A DNA stretch of 30,687 bases from a virus. Its lineage: Duplodnaviria > Caudoviricetes. Both the position numbers and the translations under genes were made by a program. Below are positions 18,500 to 27,141 of the stretch, one piece after another (position 1 is the stretch's first letter; every line of letters starts with the position of its first letter). The notes below the pieces were generated by a model. The model saw only the letters and a program-made list of their open reading frames with translations, was not told the DNA's origin and ran no database searches. The stretch lies in IMG/VR virus record IMGVR_UViG_3300026105_000004, positions 1 to 30,687 of that record; one strand, written 5' to 3'.

Positions 18500-18534
18500 T
18501 TCTTGCGCCCTTTCCCTTTGCGTTTGCATGGCAT
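18496..18534 (-). CDS. 12-aa basic peptide ORF (MPCKRKGKGRKK)
   Basis: TAATG coupling to upstream stop, GGAGG 9 nt upstream, ATGA coupling downstream. Confidence 0.45.
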   Translation of the reverse strand: MPCKRKGKGRKK

Positions 18535-20099
18535 TATAGCAATCCTCCTAGATATTGGCGAATTTCATCTTCGCGTTCCTGTTCGGTTGGCTGGGTTGCC
18601 AAGAGGCCAGCGCCGCCAACACCTGCGCTTAGATTGCGAAGGTGCTTTAGGCGCGGGTCAAAGCGGGCGAAGCGGCTGCGGATGTTGGCGGGGTCAAAAA
18701 TGGCATACTCCATTCCTTGCTCCGCGTAATCAGCCCCAACAGACCGCGCCTTTTCTACATCTTCTGTCGTTACGTTGCTTGGGAAGCCGGGCGTCATTGG
18801 GTCACCAGCCATTCGGAACTCAAAAGGCGAAACACGATTTGTCATCCGGGCCATGATCGGGATGCCAACCGCGCCTTCTTGATTGAAAGATGATAAGTTT
18901 TCATTCGTTGCTAAGTTTAAAGACGGGTCTGGCGTGGCCCAAACGGCCTGCCTGTTTTGGCGTTCAGGAATTTTAAACGACGTAATGTCTTGCGGCCCGT
19001 AGTGAACAAGCTGCGAGTTCTCTTGTTTATTAATTTCTGCAATCGGATCGCGCCTATTGCGGCCTGTTGTAGACCCCATTTCCCTCGCCCGCGCCATCCG
19101 TGACGCCTCGTCCATAGGCAAATCCATGCCCGTTGCGCCGCGCTGATACAGGTCAAACAATTCCATTTCGTCGTTTGGCGTTAGCGCGCCAAGCATCTCA
19201 TCCGTCACCTCATCCGCGCGGCCTTCGCGCAAAAGCCCCGCGACCTCTTGGGCGGGGGATTCGGTTTTGGCTGGATCATATCCAAATTCAAAAATGCTGT
19301 TGGCGTCAGTAAACAAATCACCAGCCCGTACTTCCTCTTCAACAATCCTGTAATCGCCGCCAAGTGGGCCTTCGCCATGTCCTTCGGCATAACTGCGTGA
19401 AGGCGTCACCCAATCCCCTGCGTTAATGCCCGCGTCAACGTCTTTAGGCACGGCGCGGTAAACCTTAACCGGCGCGTCTGGATTGCCCCGAAACTTCTGG
19501 AATAGATTGATAATCTCTTGGTCAGCCTTTGGGTCTTCCATGTGGCCATAATACTGAGCGGCAACGCGCGGATCGTAAATGTCATTAGGATAAATTTGCG
19601 TCAGGTCATCCAGCGGCGCATTGTCTGGGCTTCTGCCGGGCGCGCGATGAACGCCAGCGTAATCGTCCAGCCCTATCGGATTGCTATACATTGTCGGCAC
19701 CGGCCCGCGCTGGTTTGCGCGTTCAACAAACGTATCAACCGCCGAGGCCGATCGACCCGGCGCACCGCCAAGCAGCGTATCCATAGCCGCCCTTGCAACG
19801 TCCCCGCCTGTATCGGCAATCTGGTTTGCCCCTACACGGCCCAGAACGCCGCCCACAATAGGCGTGGCTGCAATGGCCGTATCAACGCCTGCGCCGACGT
19901 AATCGCCGCCTCGCACCTTGCCGCCTGCGCGATACATGTCTTGAATTGGGTTTACTTCGGCCAGCAAGCCAAGCGGCTCGCGCAAATTAGGCGGCACGAA
20001 TGGCGTGACGTTTTCGCGGATGCCCTCTTGCAGCGCCGCCGTTCTGTCGTCACCGCCTGCAATAAACTCAGTAATGCTATCCCAGAGCGTCTGGACCAT
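18534..20099 (-). CDS. Modular protein with two ADP-ribosyltransferase-fold-like domains (polyvalent-protein type)
   Basis: Domain 1: VYRAVP...INAGDWVTPSRSYAEGHG...EFGYDP; domain 2: MDEASRMARAREMG...VHYG...F...VWATPDP...YAIFDPANIRSRFARFDP (ART-PolyVal-like). Confidence 0.65.
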   Translation of the reverse strand: MVQTLWDSITEFIAGGDDRTAALQEGIRENVTPFVPPNLREPLGLLAEVNPIQDMYRAGGKVRGGDYVGAGVDTAIAATPIVGGVLGRVGANQIADTGGDVARAAMDTLLGGAPGRSASAVDTFVERANQRGPVPTMYSNPIGLDDYAGVHRAPGRSPDNAPLDDLTQIYPNDIYDPRVAAQYYGHMEDPKADQEIINLFQKFRGNPDAPVKVYRAVPKDVDAGINAGDWVTPSRSYAEGHGEGPLGGDYRIVEEEVRAGDLFTDANSIFEFGYDPAKTESPAQEVAGLLREGRADEVTDEMLGALTPNDEMELFDLYQRGATGMDLPMDEASRMARAREMGSTTGRNRRDPIAEINKQENSQLVHYGPQDITSFKIPERQNRQAVWATPDPSLNLATNENLSSFNQEGAVGIPIMARMTNRVSPFEFRMAGDPMTPGFPSNVTTEDVEKARSVGADYAEQGMEYAIFDPANIRSRFARFDPRLKHLRNLSAGVGGAGLLATQPTEQEREDEIRQYLGGLL

Positions 20100-20665
20100 T
20101 ACATGCCGCCTTGCCGCATCTGGATTAACCGCTGGATCATGCCCATGCGCTGCTCCATCGGCATTGATTGCAGCGTCTGCCGCTCGCTGGGGGTCAACGC
20201 GCCTTCAAGCTGCGCCATAGCCGCGTCAACGCCCATTGGCGCTGGAGTTGGCGTTTCTTGCGGCATCGGACCGCCCGGCATCATTGGGCCGGGCTGTTGC
20301 GGTGTGCCGCCTGACATGGGCATTTGAGGCGTCATCGGGTCTTGCGGCATCTGAGGCGCAGACTGCACGGGCATCGGCGGCGTTGGGCCACCGGGCATCA
20401 TTGGGCCGGGTGTGACTTGCGTGGGGCGCGTCGGGATCGTCTCCGGCTCTGGCCCGGTCATGACGCCGCCCGTCATCATCGACTGCGGTCGTGCCATTGG
20501 GCGAGTTTCCTGCATTCCGCGCATCCGCTCACGGTAGCCTGCGGGTTGGAAAAGCGCGTTCGCGATGTCGGAAAGCAAGCCGCCGCCCTTGAACTCGTTG
20601 CCCTTAGCGCCCATGCCGCCGCCGTCAAGCATATCCATTAAGCCGGTAAATCGTTGCTGTTCCAT
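20099..20665 (-). CDS. Pro/Met/Gly/Gln-rich low-complexity protein, probable internal virion protein
   Basis: Start MEQQRF with GAGGTG RBS; PGPMMPGGP twice; TAATG coupled to next gene. Confidence 0.75.
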   Translation of the reverse strand: MEQQRFTGLMDMLDGGGMGAKGNEFKGGGLLSDIANALFQPAGYRERMRGMQETRPMARPQSMMTGGVMTGPEPETIPTRPTQVTPGPMMPGGPTPPMPVQSAPQMPQDPMTPQMPMSGGTPQQPGPMMPGGPMPQETPTPAPMGVDAAMAQLEGALTPSERQTLQSMPMEQRMGMIQRLIQMRQGGM

Positions 20666-20715
20666 ATCGCACCTCAATTAGATGTGGCATTTCTAACACA
20701 TATTTAGGCTGGGCG

Positions 20716-21978
20716 CTAGGCGATACCCTTCATGTTGCGTCGTATCGGCTTACCCCAATCGCCGCCAGCTTCTGAATATCCAATCGCAAGGTATCTCATG
20801 GCGTCGGCCCCGTGACTCGTCCAGTCGTGCAGCGGCCTACCGCGCCATGTTTTTAGCTTGTCGTCGAACTCACGCCGATACTGCCTAAGCGCTTCAATGC
20901 CGCGCTCGCATTTTTCAGCGTCAAACCATGTGCGCCCGATCATAGATCGCACGGCTTGAATGCCGTCCTCGACTGCTAGGCTAGGGGCGATCTGCACGTC
21001 TTTGATGCCAAGGTTGGCGAGCGTTTCAATACGGCTTTTGCCGCTTCCCAATTCCTTGACGCGGGCATCGTGCGGCAGAACGTGGCGGGTGTAGTGATAG
21101 CCTTTATCGGCCAGAACCTTGGCGTAATGGTCCAGCCCAACGCCGCTGTTTTCGTAATAGTCGATGATGCGTATTTCGCGGCCTGCGTATTGGGCAAACC
21201 ATATGGCTGTGCTGTCTCCAATGCCCAAATCCCAAGCCGTGACAACGCTTAGGCTCTTGTCGTATGGCACGGCGCAAATGCGGCCTTCGTCCATCGCCTC
21301 TTTCATCTCGGCGGCATAATACGCGCCCTGAATGGCCGCCTCAAAGCTGCACTCAAACTCCTGCTCATATCGGTCCTCGCCCATAGTGCGTTTGGCCTCG
21401 GCCAGTTCGTCGGCGTCTAGGATACCTGTCTCGCTGGCCTTATACATTGCGCAGAACCAATCAGGCGCGGATTGCGCGTAATTGTATATTTCCCAAAAGT
21501 CGTTCTTGCCCTTGGGCGTGCCGATGAATGTGGCGCGGCCTTTTCGGTCGGCTAGGGCTGGCCTAATTACTGTAGGCCATGCGCTTGCCGGGAAGTCGGC
21601 AGGCTCGTCCAGTACCACGCTGTCAAAATACAGGCCGCGCATAGCGTCGTAATTGTCAGCCCCGAATAGCCTGATCCGCGCGCCGTTTGGGAAGTCGATC
21701 CGCAATTCAGACGCGTTGACTTCAATGCCGGGAATAGGCGCAGTAAACTCTTTGAGGTAGTCCCACGCGATTGCCTTGGCTTGGCGATAGTAGGGCGCGA
21801 TGTAGGCAACACGGACGTTTGGGCGGTCAATCGTCAGGGCGTCTCGGATCAGGTCGTTTAGGCTGGCCACCGTCTTGCCAAAGCGTCGGTGTGCCACAAG
21901 GCAGGCAAACCGTTCTGTGCGTTCGTGGTATGGGATCGCCTGCGCACGCGGCTTGTATGGTATGACTACTTCTGCCAT
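20716..21978 (-). CDS. terL: Terminase large subunit
   Basis: AHRRFGKT Walker A, VVLDE Walker B, FIGTPKG coupling motif, WDLG and SHGADAMRY nuclease motifs. Confidence 0.96.
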   Translation of the reverse strand: MAEVVIPYKPRAQAIPYHERTERFACLVAHRRFGKTVASLNDLIRDALTIDRPNVRVAYIAPYYRQAKAIAWDYLKEFTAPIPGIEVNASELRIDFPNGARIRLFGADNYDAMRGLYFDSVVLDEPADFPASAWPTVIRPALADRKGRATFIGTPKGKNDFWEIYNYAQSAPDWFCAMYKASETGILDADELAEAKRTMGEDRYEQEFECSFEAAIQGAYYAAEMKEAMDEGRICAVPYDKSLSVVTAWDLGIGDSTAIWFAQYAGREIRIIDYYENSGVGLDHYAKVLADKGYHYTRHVLPHDARVKELGSGKSRIETLANLGIKDVQIAPSLAVEDGIQAVRSMIGRTWFDAEKCERGIEALRQYRREFDDKLKTWRGRPLHDWTSHGADAMRYLAIGYSEAGGDWGKPIRRNMKGIA

Positions 21979-22355
21979 GTGATTTTGAGTTCACTGTCAT
22001 CTTTGCCTACGTGTTCATTGACCTGCTTGTCGCGCCATTGTGCCGGAAAACGGTTTTTCATATTGAAAATCCAAGCAGTGGCATTGAATCCATCGCATTC
22101 ACCCATTGCGCCTTCCATACCAAGGCGTTCCCACTTCAGCCGCTGGTAACGCATAGCCTCACTTAGCTTTTTGGGCGGGAAGTCTTCGGGAAATTCTTTG
22201 ATGTATGCCTCAACTGTGTCCCAATCGGCCAGCGGAAAACTTTCCTTAGAAAAGCCCGCAGCAAGGTGGTTGTAGACCTCTTGAAACGCCGCTTGGCGTT
22301 CCTCTTTGGTCTTCCACTTTTTGTTGTAGTTGTTTCCTTTAGGGGCAGGCATCAC
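21966..22355 (-). CDS. terS: Terminase small subunit
   Basis: MPAPKGN N-terminus, FNATAWIFNMKNRF...WRDK; overlaps TerL start. Confidence 0.8.
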   Translation of the reverse strand: MMPAPKGNNYNKKWKTKEERQAAFQEVYNHLAAGFSKESFPLADWDTVEAYIKEFPEDFPPKKLSEAMRYQRLKWERLGMEGAMGECDGFNATAWIFNMKNRFPAQWRDKQVNEHVGKDDSELKITWQK

Positions 22356-22531
22356 ATCATTTCTCTTTGTTCCATGCCGTCAGCCTCGGCAATCGCGGCA
22401 ATGCAGCAGAGCATCGACACAACGAGATCGTCCATGTCGTAGCCCTCGGCTACAAGCTGCTCAAGACAATCAAGTATGCGATCCGTGCCATCAGCCTCGA
22501 CGTTATCGCCTAAGTGTATTGTCATCGCCAT
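22352..22531 (-). CDS. Small acidic hypothetical protein (~59 aa)
   Basis: MAMTIHLGDNVEADG...; start re-called downstream of terminator; overlaps terS start. Confidence 0.6.
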   Translation of the reverse strand: MAMTIHLGDNVEADGTDRILDCLEQLVAEGYDMDDLVVSMLCCIAAIAEADGMEQREMM

Positions 22532-22547
22532 GCCGCAAGGATAGGGC

Positions 22548-22574
22548 AAAAAAATGCCCGGCACAAGGCCGGGC
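22548..22574 (-). terminator. Intrinsic terminator separating early and packaging genes
   Basis: GCCCGGC-CTTGT-GCCGGGC-ATTTTTTT. Confidence 0.8.
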
Positions 22575-22611
22575 TAGTTGGGATGTTTTGGGAGGTAGAC
22601 ACGGGTAGAGG

Positions 22612-22818
22612 CTAATCGGTTTTATTTGATAATGCAAGACCCAGCGCCGATGCTTTATAAAACCCGTTTCGCATCGTGACCAAGCCTTGATCGTCCAATT
22701 CATGCAGTACTTCCTGCACGATCTCTTTGTAAGCGAGTGCGGCGAAGGCGATTTCCGGAACCGTAAGGGCTTCGCCTGTGATGAGTGCGTTCATGATGTT
22801 TTTCTTTAGCTTTGTCAT
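22612..22818 (-). CDS. Small winged-helix-like protein
   Basis: MTKLKKNIMNAL...LTVPEIA...VQEVLHELDDQGLV...GFY; ATGA coupled. Confidence 0.6.
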   Translation of the reverse strand: MTKLKKNIMNALITGEALTVPEIAFAALAYKEIVQEVLHELDDQGLVTMRNGFYKASALGLALSNKTD

Positions 22819-23414
22819 TTCAGCCCCCACAATGAAATTTTATCTTGGCGGATACGACGTCTTTTAACCATGCCTGCGGCCTCCATTTGCCCGAGATACA
22901 CGGCGATTTGCCGGGTTGATATGCCAAGATGCAATGCCACGTCGCGGCTTGTCGTTTCGTTTTTTTCGGTAAGGCAACCGGCAATTTCTGCAAAGATTTG
23001 CTCCTTGCGTTTTTGTGCGCTTTTTGCGTGAACGTAAAACTTGCGACCTCCTGTTTTGATTTTTTCAATTTTTCCGCCATCTTTTGCGTAGCGGCACATG
23101 ACGTTTGACACTGCCCGCTTAGAAAGCTCAGTTGCCTCGGCGATTTCTTCTTGTGTACGTTTTTCGCCGTCTGCGAGGTATTCCATGACCAAGTGAAAAG
23201 GAAGGCTCGGCCTGCCGGGGCTGCTTCGGAATTTCTCTTTTGGATGCATTGTTTCTGGGTGCTTTTTGCTGTGGCCTTCCGCCTTGGCTTTTTTTGCCCA
23301 TGCTTTTGCGAATTGTTCTTCGACGCGGGCGAATTGATCGAACTGGTCGCCGGGTCGCGGCTCTGGCGTCATGCGGAATGTGGTGCGGCCTTGGCGTTGT
23401 GATTGCAGCATCAC
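22815..23414 (-). CDS. Tandem winged helix-turn-helix DNA-binding protein
   Basis: RTQEEIAEATELSKRAVSNVM and TSRDVALHLGISTRQIAVYLGQMEAAGMV. Confidence 0.75.
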   Translation of the reverse strand: MMLQSQRQGRTTFRMTPEPRPGDQFDQFARVEEQFAKAWAKKAKAEGHSKKHPETMHPKEKFRSSPGRPSLPFHLVMEYLADGEKRTQEEIAEATELSKRAVSNVMCRYAKDGGKIEKIKTGGRKFYVHAKSAQKRKEQIFAEIAGCLTEKNETTSRDVALHLGISTRQIAVYLGQMEAAGMVKRRRIRQDKISLWGLK

Positions 23415-23854
23415 ACAACCTCCCAGCTAGAAGCCCAAAGCACGCGCGGCTCGACATCTGGCCTTTGGCGCGCTTCGACCTTGATGACTTGACCATGAAG
23501 CCACGCATGTTCGAGACGCTCACGAGGGATGCCTGCTTCATCTGCGGGAACCGGGAACTCCATCGGGGCCAGCGCCTCAAATACGTCTGAGAAGCCCTGT
23601 GTGTCCCCGTGAGTGGGGTCTGGCACTTCTTGGGTATCCTCAATGCGGACGCACAGCCAAGGCGTCTTGCCTGCTTTTTCATGCGCGTTGGGTACCAGCG
23701 TTGCGGTATAGCTGCCGCCGATCTTCAGTTCGCAAGCGATAGCTATGCTTGCGGGGATGTATACTTGGCTTGGCTGATCGCCTGCGGTGACAGCGAAGGT
23801 TGATCCGGTTCCGATGGCGTTGGTGATGAATATGGTTTCTGTGGTCGTGTTCAT
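23411..23854 (-). CDS. Hypothetical protein, N-terminal beta-barrel (OB-like)
   Basis: Start re-called at MNTTTETIFITN with AAAGGAG RBS; GSTFAVT...QVYIP strands. Confidence 0.7.
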   Translation of the reverse strand: MNTTTETIFITNAIGTGSTFAVTAGDQPSQVYIPASIAIACELKIGGSYTATLVPNAHEKAGKTPWLCVRIEDTQEVPDPTHGDTQGFSDVFEALAPMEFPVPADEAGIPRERLEHAWLHGQVIKVEARQRPDVEPRVLWASSWEVV

Positions 23855-23865
23855 TGTGGCTCCTT

Positions 23866-23958
23866 TCAAAGACCAAATGCGTGGCCGATGATAAGCGCGA
23901 CGTAGAAGCTGCCAAACAGGCAGATCGCGCCAATGATGTCGGTGATGATGTTTTTCAC
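23866..23958 (-). CDS. 30-aa single-TM membrane peptide
   Basis: GTG start with AAGGAG RBS; MKNIITDIIGAICLFGSFYVALIIGHAFGL. Confidence 0.65.
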   Translation of the reverse strand: MKNIITDIIGAICLFGSFYVALIIGHAFGL

Positions 23959-24019
23959 GGTTTTTCTCCTTGGTTGATACAACACAATACATAGAACATG
24001 CTTAAACGTGTTGCAATAG

Positions 24020-24280
24020 TTATTCGTCAGAAAGTTCACAGCCCAAAGCGGCGTAACCGCAAACATCGACTGAACTGTCCGTATGCGGCCCGTTGCGAAG
24101 CCGTGCTATCTTCAGGAGGCACATCATGTGAGCCACGTCATGCGGCGCGACATCAACGCCAAGGTAGGCGCTCCACATGCGCCCAATGGCCTCAAAACTT
24201 TCGTAAGCCTCGCCGTAGTCGTTTTGCCGATCTCCGTTGATCAAGCTATCGGCGGTGTAAAGCACGTCTGATCTTTTCAT
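24020..24280 (-). CDS. DUF6378-like nucleotide-metabolism-associated protein
   Basis: INGDRQNDYG...F..I..MWSAYL...DVA.MM.LLKIAR...DS.VD..GYAAL. Confidence 0.85.
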   Translation of the reverse strand: MKRSDVLYTADSLINGDRQNDYGEAYESFEAIGRMWSAYLGVDVAPHDVAHMMCLLKIARLRNGPHTDSSVDVCGYAALGCELSDE

Positions 24281-24292
24281 ATCGTCTCCCCC

Positions 24293-24877
24293 TCAAAATG
24301 GAATTTCATCGTCTAGGTTCTTTTCGCGCTTGTAACCGACAACCTCGGCTCCTTCGCCAAAGCTGGCTTTGATCGCCCGCTCGTATTCGGCTGGCACTGT
24401 TTGGTGCCACGCATCCAGCGCGATTGCAACTTCCCGCAGCGTGACCAATCGTAGATCGGGGCGCTGCGCTCGTATAGCCTTCCAGCCTCTGGCGTCGCGC
24501 ATGATGCCAACTGTCTCGCCGTTCAACTCCACCTCCCACACTTCGGTCGAAGCGGGCTGCGCGCCAAGCTGCTTGGCTTCTGCGTCCATCGCGTGCAGGC
24601 CGCGCATAACGACCTCGGCGCGTAGCTGCACTTCTGCCGGGTCATTTACCTCAAGCGCGGCGTTTAGCTTCTGCATGGCCGATCCGTATTTGGCGGCGGT
24701 CTCAGGGGTGACAAGTTCGGGCAGTCTGTCGATTCCCCAAATTTTCTCGTACTGTTCGGCTAGGCGGTCCATAGGGGCTATTGCCATGTCGCACATCATC
24801 TCGTTTTGGCTGATGCCTGAATACATCAGGCGGTCTGACTTTTTCTGACGTTTTGGTTTTGCGGGTCTTTTGACCAT
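24293..24877 (-). CDS. Conserved hypothetical protein downstream of primase-helicase
   Basis: Start MVKRPAK with AGGAG RBS; WGIDRLPELV motif; ends DDEIPF. Confidence 0.8.
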   Translation of the reverse strand: MVKRPAKPKRQKKSDRLMYSGISQNEMMCDMAIAPMDRLAEQYEKIWGIDRLPELVTPETAAKYGSAMQKLNAALEVNDPAEVQLRAEVVMRGLHAMDAEAKQLGAQPASTEVWEVELNGETVGIMRDARGWKAIRAQRPDLRLVTLREVAIALDAWHQTVPAEYERAIKASFGEGAEVVGYKREKNLDDEIPF

Positions 24878-24884
24878 CTCAAAA

Positions 24885-25119
24885 TCTCCTTGTCTGGTCG
24901 TTTTTCGTCTGGGTGTCTGGGCTGGCGCGTCCAAGGGACACGCCGCCAGTCAGACAGAGGCACTTTGGAACCTGTCAGACAGATTCGGACAGAAGCGTCA
25001 GACGGCCAAGTCGTTGTTTTATTTGGCAAAAATAAACAAGTGTCTGAAGGTGTCTGACTAAGTGTCCGACAAAAGATGCGTCTGATTTCTGACAGTCGTC
25101 AGACACCCATTTCAGACAC
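24885..25119. other. Putative replication origin: inverted TCAGAC/GTCTGA iterons around AT-rich core
   Basis: TC(A/G)GAC at 24950, 24975, 24985, 24998; GTC(T/C)GA at 25042, 25052, 25064, 25080; TCAGAC again at 25099, 25112; AT-rich 25014-25039; directly after primase-helicase stop. Confidence 0.75.
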
Positions 25120-27141
25120 TCACTCCCCAGCATTTTTCTTCTCCAAATATGCCCTTCCACCTTCCGTCAGGACGTATGTTTTGGCGTATCGCTTGATGAG
25201 TTTCTCCTCTTTTGCGGTCTTGACTATCTGCTCCATTCGATAGCGTGAAACGCCAAACTGCTGAGAGCCTTCGCGCATCGATAGCGCCTGCTCCGCCTCT
25301 ACGGTGAGCAGGTAGCGTTCGAGCAGGTCTTCTGACTGCCGATCTCGGTTGGCCTTCTCAATGACCGTTTCCGGCCTGCTGACGGGCAGCTTGAGCGGCG
25401 TTCCGTGGATGTCTGTGAGGTGCGGGAACTCATGTATCTGCATAACCCATTCCATTGGGTCAAACCCTGCGCCACGAAACTTTTGGCTGTGATGAAGGGT
25501 TTGCTGCGAGGCGTCTTGCGACCAGACTGTCAGGTTGCCGTCGATCTCATTCAGGAACGCGCCGCCGCCGCGCGGCACTAGGTTGTCCTTAGACGGCACC
25601 TTGCCAGCCGGGTGCGCGATGATAAGCTGTGCGGGCCTGTTCTCCACGTCACAGAGCGACCGCATCTTATGCGCCATCTCAACCATCTGGGTGTTGTCGT
25701 TGTCGTTGTCGCCTTCAAAGAACGCTTGCAGGCTGTCCACCACAACCAGCTTCAAGTTTGGTATGGTCGATAGCTTTGACCGCAGCACTTCTGACCATTC
25801 CTTGATGCTGAAGCGGCCCTGCACAAAGTAGATCGGCACCTGATCTGGGTTCAGGTCGCGTGCGGCCAGTGCGGCTGCATACTGCCATTTAACGTTGTAG
25901 GGGTTTTCGCCCGCCAGAAACAGGACGCTTCCCTTTGCGGTACTTCTATCCCCAAACAGTTCGCCCAGCGCCACGCTGATTGCAAACTGGATCGCCAGAG
26001 TGGTTTTGCCGTGGCCTGCGTGTCCTGTGAGGCTGTATGTGACGCCACGGGGGAGCAGTCCGTCTATAAGGTATTCCAGAGGCCGAAGGTCAGACAGGAA
26101 CGCCGCGCTGTCGTCAATGGGGAAGTCCTGAATAGTCTGAGGCGTTACTTCAACAGGCTGCGGTTCTGGGTCGTCAGCTTCAAACTTTGGATTATTGCGC
26201 GTGCGGTTGATAATGCCCTGCACTTCTGATCGGGTTTCATCAACGGTGTATGGCGGGATCGTCAGTGGGTCAGTAAGCGCGTGAATTTCTGCGTCGCTTA
26301 ATCCCTTCCGAACATATGAACCGATTAGCTTGAAGACTGCGATATTCCAATCTTCGCCGCTGAGCGCCTTGATGACTTCTCTTTCGCGATCTAGCGGCTG
26401 CGGGCCTGTATCAATGGCAAAGCCGTTGTCAGCGGGCAGCACAGTGCCGCTGTGAGGCTGCTCAGGCGGCTGGACGTGGCCAAACAAGCGGAACAACTGA
26501 TCGAACGGCACCGGGTCGCGGTCGTCTTCATAGGCCGTGCGGATCGTGGTCAGTTCTGAAACGTAGCCTTTAGCTACTTTATTCTTGGCAGGATAGGTGA
26601 TTGTGCCGCCAAGGCGCATGATGCGCGACGGGTTTACAACCTTGTCATCTGATTTGAAGTAGTTTGCGATCCCGCTTTGCAGACGTGACCACGCCTCCAT
26701 ATTATGGCAAGGCTCTTCAAGTTCCCAGTAGGTATGCGCTCTGGCGTGTGGCACGCGGCCTGTCATCACAGCGCCCGTCCAGCGGGGCCCCTCAAACCGA
26801 TATACGTTGTCTGATGCCTGCACGTCATCGCAGTCGGCCCAGACGAAAAAGGCGGCAACAACGTCTTCATCGGTCGCGCTTCGGCCAGCGTCGTGCTTGA
26901 TCGGGTTTCTTGTGACGTAAAGATTGAAGCCCAGATTGTTCATGCTGACGGCCCACTCTACGGCGTCATCAATCCAATCTGGTGAGAACCGAGCGGTCTG
27001 CGGCTGCTTTGCCTTATCTGGAGCAATGGCGCGTATCTCAAACACGCAAGGCACGTCTAACTCGTTCCAGCGCCGTGTCATAAAGTGCAAGTCTTCTGAG
27101 ATTGCACTCGCAACAGGCTCAAGGGCTTTATCTGTCATCAT
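25120..27141 (-). CDS. Primase-helicase fusion (RepB-type primase + AAA_25/RecA-like helicase)
   Basis: NLYVTRNP, WADCD, HTYW, NPSRIMRLGGT primase motifs; GHAGHGKT Walker A, VVVDS Walker B, IIAHP, RGGGA. Confidence 0.9.
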   Translation of the reverse strand: MMTDKALEPVASAISEDLHFMTRRWNELDVPCVFEIRAIAPDKAKQPQTARFSPDWIDDAVEWAVSMNNLGFNLYVTRNPIKHDAGRSATDEDVVAAFFVWADCDDVQASDNVYRFEGPRWTGAVMTGRVPHARAHTYWELEEPCHNMEAWSRLQSGIANYFKSDDKVVNPSRIMRLGGTITYPAKNKVAKGYVSELTTIRTAYEDDRDPVPFDQLFRLFGHVQPPEQPHSGTVLPADNGFAIDTGPQPLDREREVIKALSGEDWNIAVFKLIGSYVRKGLSDAEIHALTDPLTIPPYTVDETRSEVQGIINRTRNNPKFEADDPEPQPVEVTPQTIQDFPIDDSAAFLSDLRPLEYLIDGLLPRGVTYSLTGHAGHGKTTLAIQFAISVALGELFGDRSTAKGSVLFLAGENPYNVKWQYAAALAARDLNPDQVPIYFVQGRFSIKEWSEVLRSKLSTIPNLKLVVVDSLQAFFEGDNDNDNTQMVEMAHKMRSLCDVENRPAQLIIAHPAGKVPSKDNLVPRGGGAFLNEIDGNLTVWSQDASQQTLHHSQKFRGAGFDPMEWVMQIHEFPHLTDIHGTPLKLPVSRPETVIEKANRDRQSEDLLERYLLTVEAEQALSMREGSQQFGVSRYRMEQIVKTAKEEKLIKRYAKTYVLTEGGRAYLEKKNAGE

